DNA of 32,000 nt from positions 2,040,001 through 2,072,000 of the forward strand of contig NC_007969.1 of assembly GCF_000013905.1 (NCBI RefSeq), given 5' to 3'. Numbering within the stretch: the first letter of the stretch is position 1; each line of letters opens with the position of its first letter. A program made the position numbers and the translations under genes. Below, piece by piece: positions 28,734 to 32,000 of this stretch. A model generated the notes under the pieces. It had not been told where the DNA came from, did not search any database, and worked only from the letters and a program-made list of their open reading frames with translations. The DNA comes from Psychrobacter cryohalolentis K5 (GTDB taxonomy: Bacteria; Pseudomonadota; Gammaproteobacteria; Pseudomonadales; Moraxellaceae).

Positions 28734-29876
28734 TTAGATTTTATAATCATGTACTGCATCGATGAACACTTTGGCATTGTCAGGATTAACCCACTGGGTA
28801 ATACCATGACCTAGGTTTGCCACATAACCGGTCTTTTCACCGTTAGCATAAGCACTATCGAGCATCGCATTGACTTCAGCACGGATAGTCGCTGGAGAGC
28901 CGTACAAAGTTGCTGGGTCTAAATTACCCTGAATGGCTTTGCTACTTTGTAGTTTTTTATGGTGCTTGGTTAACTGACGCTGACTTTCGGTCAAAACTTG
29001 ACGGGCACGATCAATCGGCATTGTCCAGTCTAAACCCAATGCATCCGCCTCACTATCCGCTTGAATATCAAGCCATAGCCCGCCGCCTTTAGTAAATAAT
29101 ACTACTGGTATTTCAGGATGGCGTACCTTTAACTCAGCGACAATGCGCTTATTATAAGCATGTGAGAAATCAATAAACTGGCGATGACCAAGAGCGCCGC
29201 CCCAACTATCAAATATCTGTAATATCTGCGCACCTGCCACAACTTGGGCATCCAAATAATCAATAACAGATGTCGCCAATTTATCTAACAATTGATGTAA
29301 AAAATCAGGATTGCTATACAAAAAGCCTTTGGTATAGCGATAATCCTTTGAGCTACCACCTTCAATCATATAAGTGGCTAGTGTCCAAGGACTACCAGAA
29401 AAGCCAAATAACGGCACTTGCCCATTGAGCGCGGTACGAATACTGGTTACCGCACGCATGACATAGTCAAGAGAGTCATTGACATCGAGCACAGGCAATC
29501 TATCCAAATCAGCTTGCTGGCGAATAGGATGTTTAAACTTAGGACCTTCACCCGCTTCGAAATAGAGACCCAATCCCATGGCATCAGGAATGGTTAATAT
29601 ATCACTGAACAAAATAGCCGCGTCTAAATCATAACGACGTAATGGCTGTAAGGTGACTTCTGTCGCACGCGCGGTATCTTTACACAGGCTCATAAAATCA
29701 CCTGCTTCAGCACGGGTCGCTTTATACTCTGGTAAATAACGACCAGCTTGACGCATCATCCAGACAGGTGTGGTATCGATCGGCTCAAAACGAAGTGCTC
29801 TTAGCAATCTATCATTTTTCAAAGGCGCAAATTTTTGCTCAAGCGAATTATTATTGTCTGAAGCACTCATGTACAA
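28734..29876 (-). CDS. hemE: Uroporphyrinogen decarboxylase
   Basis: 380 aa. [15 protein letters not shown] and ILFSDIL signatures. Confidence 0.95.
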   Translation of the reverse strand: MYMSASDNNNSLEQKFAPLKNDRLLRALRFEPIDTTPVWMMRQAGRYLPEYKATRAEAGDFMSLCKDTARATEVTLQPLRRYDLDAAILFSDILTIPDAMGLGLYFEAGEGPKFKHPIRQQADLDRLPVLDVNDSLDYVMRAVTSIRTALNGQVPLFGFSGSPWTLATYMIEGGSSKDYRYTKGFLYSNPDFLHQLLDKLATSVIDYLDAQVVAGAQILQIFDSWGGALGHRQFIDFSHAYNKRIVAELKVRHPEIPVVLFTKGGGLWLDIQADSEADALGLDWTMPIDRARQVLTESQRQLTKHHKKLQSSKAIQGNLDPATLYGSPATIRAEVNAMLDSAYANGEKTGYVANLGHGITQWVNPDNAKVFIDAVHDYKI

Positions 29877-29997
29877 ATCTCCAAAACAGCACTATATGTC
29901 ACCAAAGCGCATATAACACTGGATAAATTACGTTAAATGAAAGAATAGCAAAGCGCTTATTATCAAGATATTTATAGCTCTATAGATATTAATTTTT

Positions 29998-31170
29998 TTA
30001 CATCGTCAATGCTAAGTTATCACGGTGTACCATGACGACACGTTCTTCATTGTTACCAAGGATACGATCGAACTGCTCAGTACGCTCACGAGCAACGCGG
30101 CAGGCATCGCGAGAAGAAAAGTTGACTTGACCAACGGCGATACGCTCACCAGTATCCTGATGGACGATTTCGACCACATCGCCTTCATCAAAATCTCCAC
30201 GAACTTCAGACACGCCAACTGGCAACAAGCTTTTTTGATGTTCGACCACCGCTTTTGCTGCACCTGCATCAACAATTAAAGAGCCCGACATACGCAAATG
30301 CGCGGCAAGCCACTGTTTGCGAGCAATGATTTTGTCTTGATCATTGGTGGTCAGCAAGGTACCAACTGCTTCGCCTGACACTACTCGAGTGATCACATCA
30401 TCAATAGCGCCACTCACAATCACCGTCGGACAGCCACCCATAGCAGCAAGACGACCAGCACGAATTTTGGTTAACATACCACCACGACCCAACTTGCCAC
30501 CATCACCTGCAATATCAAATAAATAATCAGCCATCGCACGCTCTTGACGGATCATTCTGGCATGAGGGTTGTTGCGTGGATTGTCAGTAAAGACACCTTC
30601 TTGATCAGTTAAGATAATGTACAAGTCGGCATTGACCATCGCCGCTGCCATCGCTCCTAGAGTATCGTTATCACCAAACTTAATCTCATCAATAGTAATG
30701 GTATCATTTTCATTAATGACCGGCAGCACACGCCATTCTAGTAGCTGCGTAAGCGCGCCAGTAGTATTAAGATAGCGACTACGGTTAGACAAATCATCAT
30801 GCGTTAGCAGCAACTGTGAGCTTTGAATACCATATTGAATCAATGCTGACCACCAGGTTTCAATCAAACCCATCTGTCCGACAGATGCACAGGCTTGTAA
30901 TGCCGCCAGTTTTTTAGGACGCTCCTCAAGATTCATACGCACCACCCCTTCAGCGACAGCACCTGAAGATACGAGCAGTACCTCTACGCCTTGCTTATGG
31001 AGTTGCGCGATCTGCTTTGCCCATTCGTAAATGGCAGTTCGATCAAGCCCTCGACCATTATTGGTCAATAACGATGAGCCAATCTTGACAATAACGCGCT
31101 GAATATCAAAGTTACGAGCTTGCTCAACAAACCTTGCTTCTTCTATCGTGTTCTCTATGCCAACTGCCAT
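29998..31170 (-). CDS. proB: Glutamate 5-kinase (with C-terminal PUA domain)
   Basis: 390 aa. VKIGSSLLT N-terminus, amino-acid kinase fold motifs. obg-proB synteny. Confidence 0.95.
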   Translation of the reverse strand: MAVGIENTIEEARFVEQARNFDIQRVIVKIGSSLLTNNGRGLDRTAIYEWAKQIAQLHKQGVEVLLVSSGAVAEGVVRMNLEERPKKLAALQACASVGQMGLIETWWSALIQYGIQSSQLLLTHDDLSNRSRYLNTTGALTQLLEWRVLPVINENDTITIDEIKFGDNDTLGAMAAAMVNADLYIILTDQEGVFTDNPRNNPHARMIRQERAMADYLFDIAGDGGKLGRGGMLTKIRAGRLAAMGGCPTVIVSGAIDDVITRVVSGEAVGTLLTTNDQDKIIARKQWLAAHLRMSGSLIVDAGAAKAVVEHQKSLLPVGVSEVRGDFDEGDVVEIVHQDTGERIAVGQVNFSSRDACRVARERTEQFDRILGNNEERVVMVHRDNLALTM

Positions 31171-31241
31171 ATAAACTCCTGTTGCTATGGTAAATTAATC
31201 ATGGGGATACATCTAAAAAATATGTGCAAAGACCAATCAGA

Positions 31242-32000
31242 TTAAGGGGCGTAAACCACTTCGACGCCATCATCATCGTCATCGCTATCATCAAAATCGT
31301 CATCCGACAAATCCGTACCTTCACGCGCCGCTTTACGAGCAGCACGATACGCTTCACGCTGGGCTTCAGTGTTTAGACGAACTTCTGCCTCTAAACGCTC
31401 AAATCGTGCTTTTTGTGCATCAGCAAAGATAGGATCTTCGATTTCACGTTCGCGTTCACGCTCAATCTCATTCATCAAGTGGTACTTGATAGCATCAACA
31501 CCCTCACCTGTTAAGGTGGCGGTACGGAAAACAATACCTGTCCAGCCAAGCTCTGCCACAATATGGGTACAAAGCTCATTTAACTCTTCTTCAGGCACCT
31601 GATCGATTTTGTTTAATACCAAAATCTGTGGCAAATTGGCCAATTCAGGTGAAAAACGCTCAAGCTCATTTAAGATAACGCGAGCGTTTTCGACCGGGTC
31701 GCTGCCATCGATAGGCTTGATATCAACCAAGTGTAACAGACGACGCGTACGAGCGACATGCTTTAAAAAGCGAATACCAAGTCCAGCACCTTCTGAGGCA
31801 CCTTCAATCAAACCTGGAATATCGGCCATAACAAAAGAGCGATGACGACCAATATCAACCACACCCAGATTAGGAACCAGCGTGGTAAATGGATAGTCAG
31901 CTACTTTTGGTCTAGCAGCAGAGACTTGGCGGATAAAGGTCGATTTTCCTGCGTTAGGTAAACCAATTAAGCCAACATCAGCCACTACTTTTAGCTCAAA
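31242..32000 (-). CDS. obg: GTPase Obg/CgtA, C-terminal part (5' end outside window)
   Basis: The frame stays open to the window edge ([21 protein letters not shown]). G1 to G4 motifs [12 protein letters not shown] and NKID. Acidic C-terminal tail as in E. coli ObgE. The track's start at 31985 is an internal GTG. Confidence 0.93.
   Translation of the reverse strand, partial: FELKVVADVGLIGLPNAGKSTFIRQVSAARPKVADYPFTTLVPNLGVVDIGRHRSFVMADIPGLIEGASEGAGLGIRFLKHVARTRRLLHLVDIKPIDGSDPVENARVILNELERFSPELANLPQILVLNKIDQVPEEELNELCTHIVAELGWTGIVFRTATLTGEGVDAIKYHLMNEIEREREREIEDPIFADAQKARFERLEAEVRLNTEAQREAYRAARKAAREGTDLSDDDFDDSDDDDDGVEVVYAP

Noticed and set aside
28941-28997. About 15-20 residue insertion in HemE ([18 protein letters not shown]) relative to E. 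coli
   Set aside because: It is a short surface-loop-sized, lineage-specific insertion in an otherwise canonical enzyme. There is no reason to suspect new function.
31242-31310. Poly-Asp C-terminal tail of Obg ([13 protein letters not shown])
   Set aside because: An acidic C-terminal tail is a normal feature of gammaproteobacterial ObgE.
1-32000. Search by eye of all long spacers for tRNA, tmRNA, RNase P, SRP or 6S RNA signatures, CRISPR repeats, IS inverted repeats, target-site duplications or DnaA-box clusters
   Set aside because: No T-arm (GGTTCGAATC-like) motif, no SRP GGAAGCAGCC motif and no RNase P AGGAAAGTCC motif was found. No regularly spaced repeats of 24 bp or more were found. 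Only isolated imperfect TTATCCACA-like boxes occur, inside genes. A covariance-model scan would be needed for a definitive negative.

Overview
This window looks like ordinary core genome from an AT-rich gammaproteobacterium. Protein sequences and gene order suggest Moraxellaceae (Psychrobacter or Acinetobacter type), but that is inference with no database check. I call 29 protein genes, 2 of them truncated by the window edges. On the + strand: iscR (3' end), iscS, iscU, iscA, hscB, hscA, fdx and rpsT. On the - strand: a 6-TM class III adenylate cyclase, a HIT protein, mfd, rraA, an atypical SDR, a histidine phosphatase, a metallophosphoesterase, pyrF, lapA-like, ihfB, rpsA, cmk, tadA, ung, clpA, clpS, an uncharacterised membrane/coiled-coil protein, argC, hemE, proB and obg (5' part outside the window). 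I found no rRNA, tRNA, CRISPR array, transposase, integrase, phage gene, toxin-antitoxin pair or recognisable defence gene. I do not see a convincing novel multi-gene system and do not want to invent one. The items most worth a second look are: (1) the unusually expanded, hairpin-rich spacers inside the isc operon, especially a terminator-like hairpin between iscU and iscA that embeds a perfect 10-nt Shine-Dalgarno sequence and a 4-codon mini-ORF and is followed by a 12-bp x3 tandem repeat; (2) the 6-TM class IIIb (Lys/Thr) cyclase; (3) a 532-bp gap between clpS and clpA; (4) a 294-aa single-pass coiled-coil protein of unknown function; (5) repeated short motifs in two long intergenic regions. 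All coordinates were counted by hand from the printed sequence and may be off by 1-2 nt for small elements.
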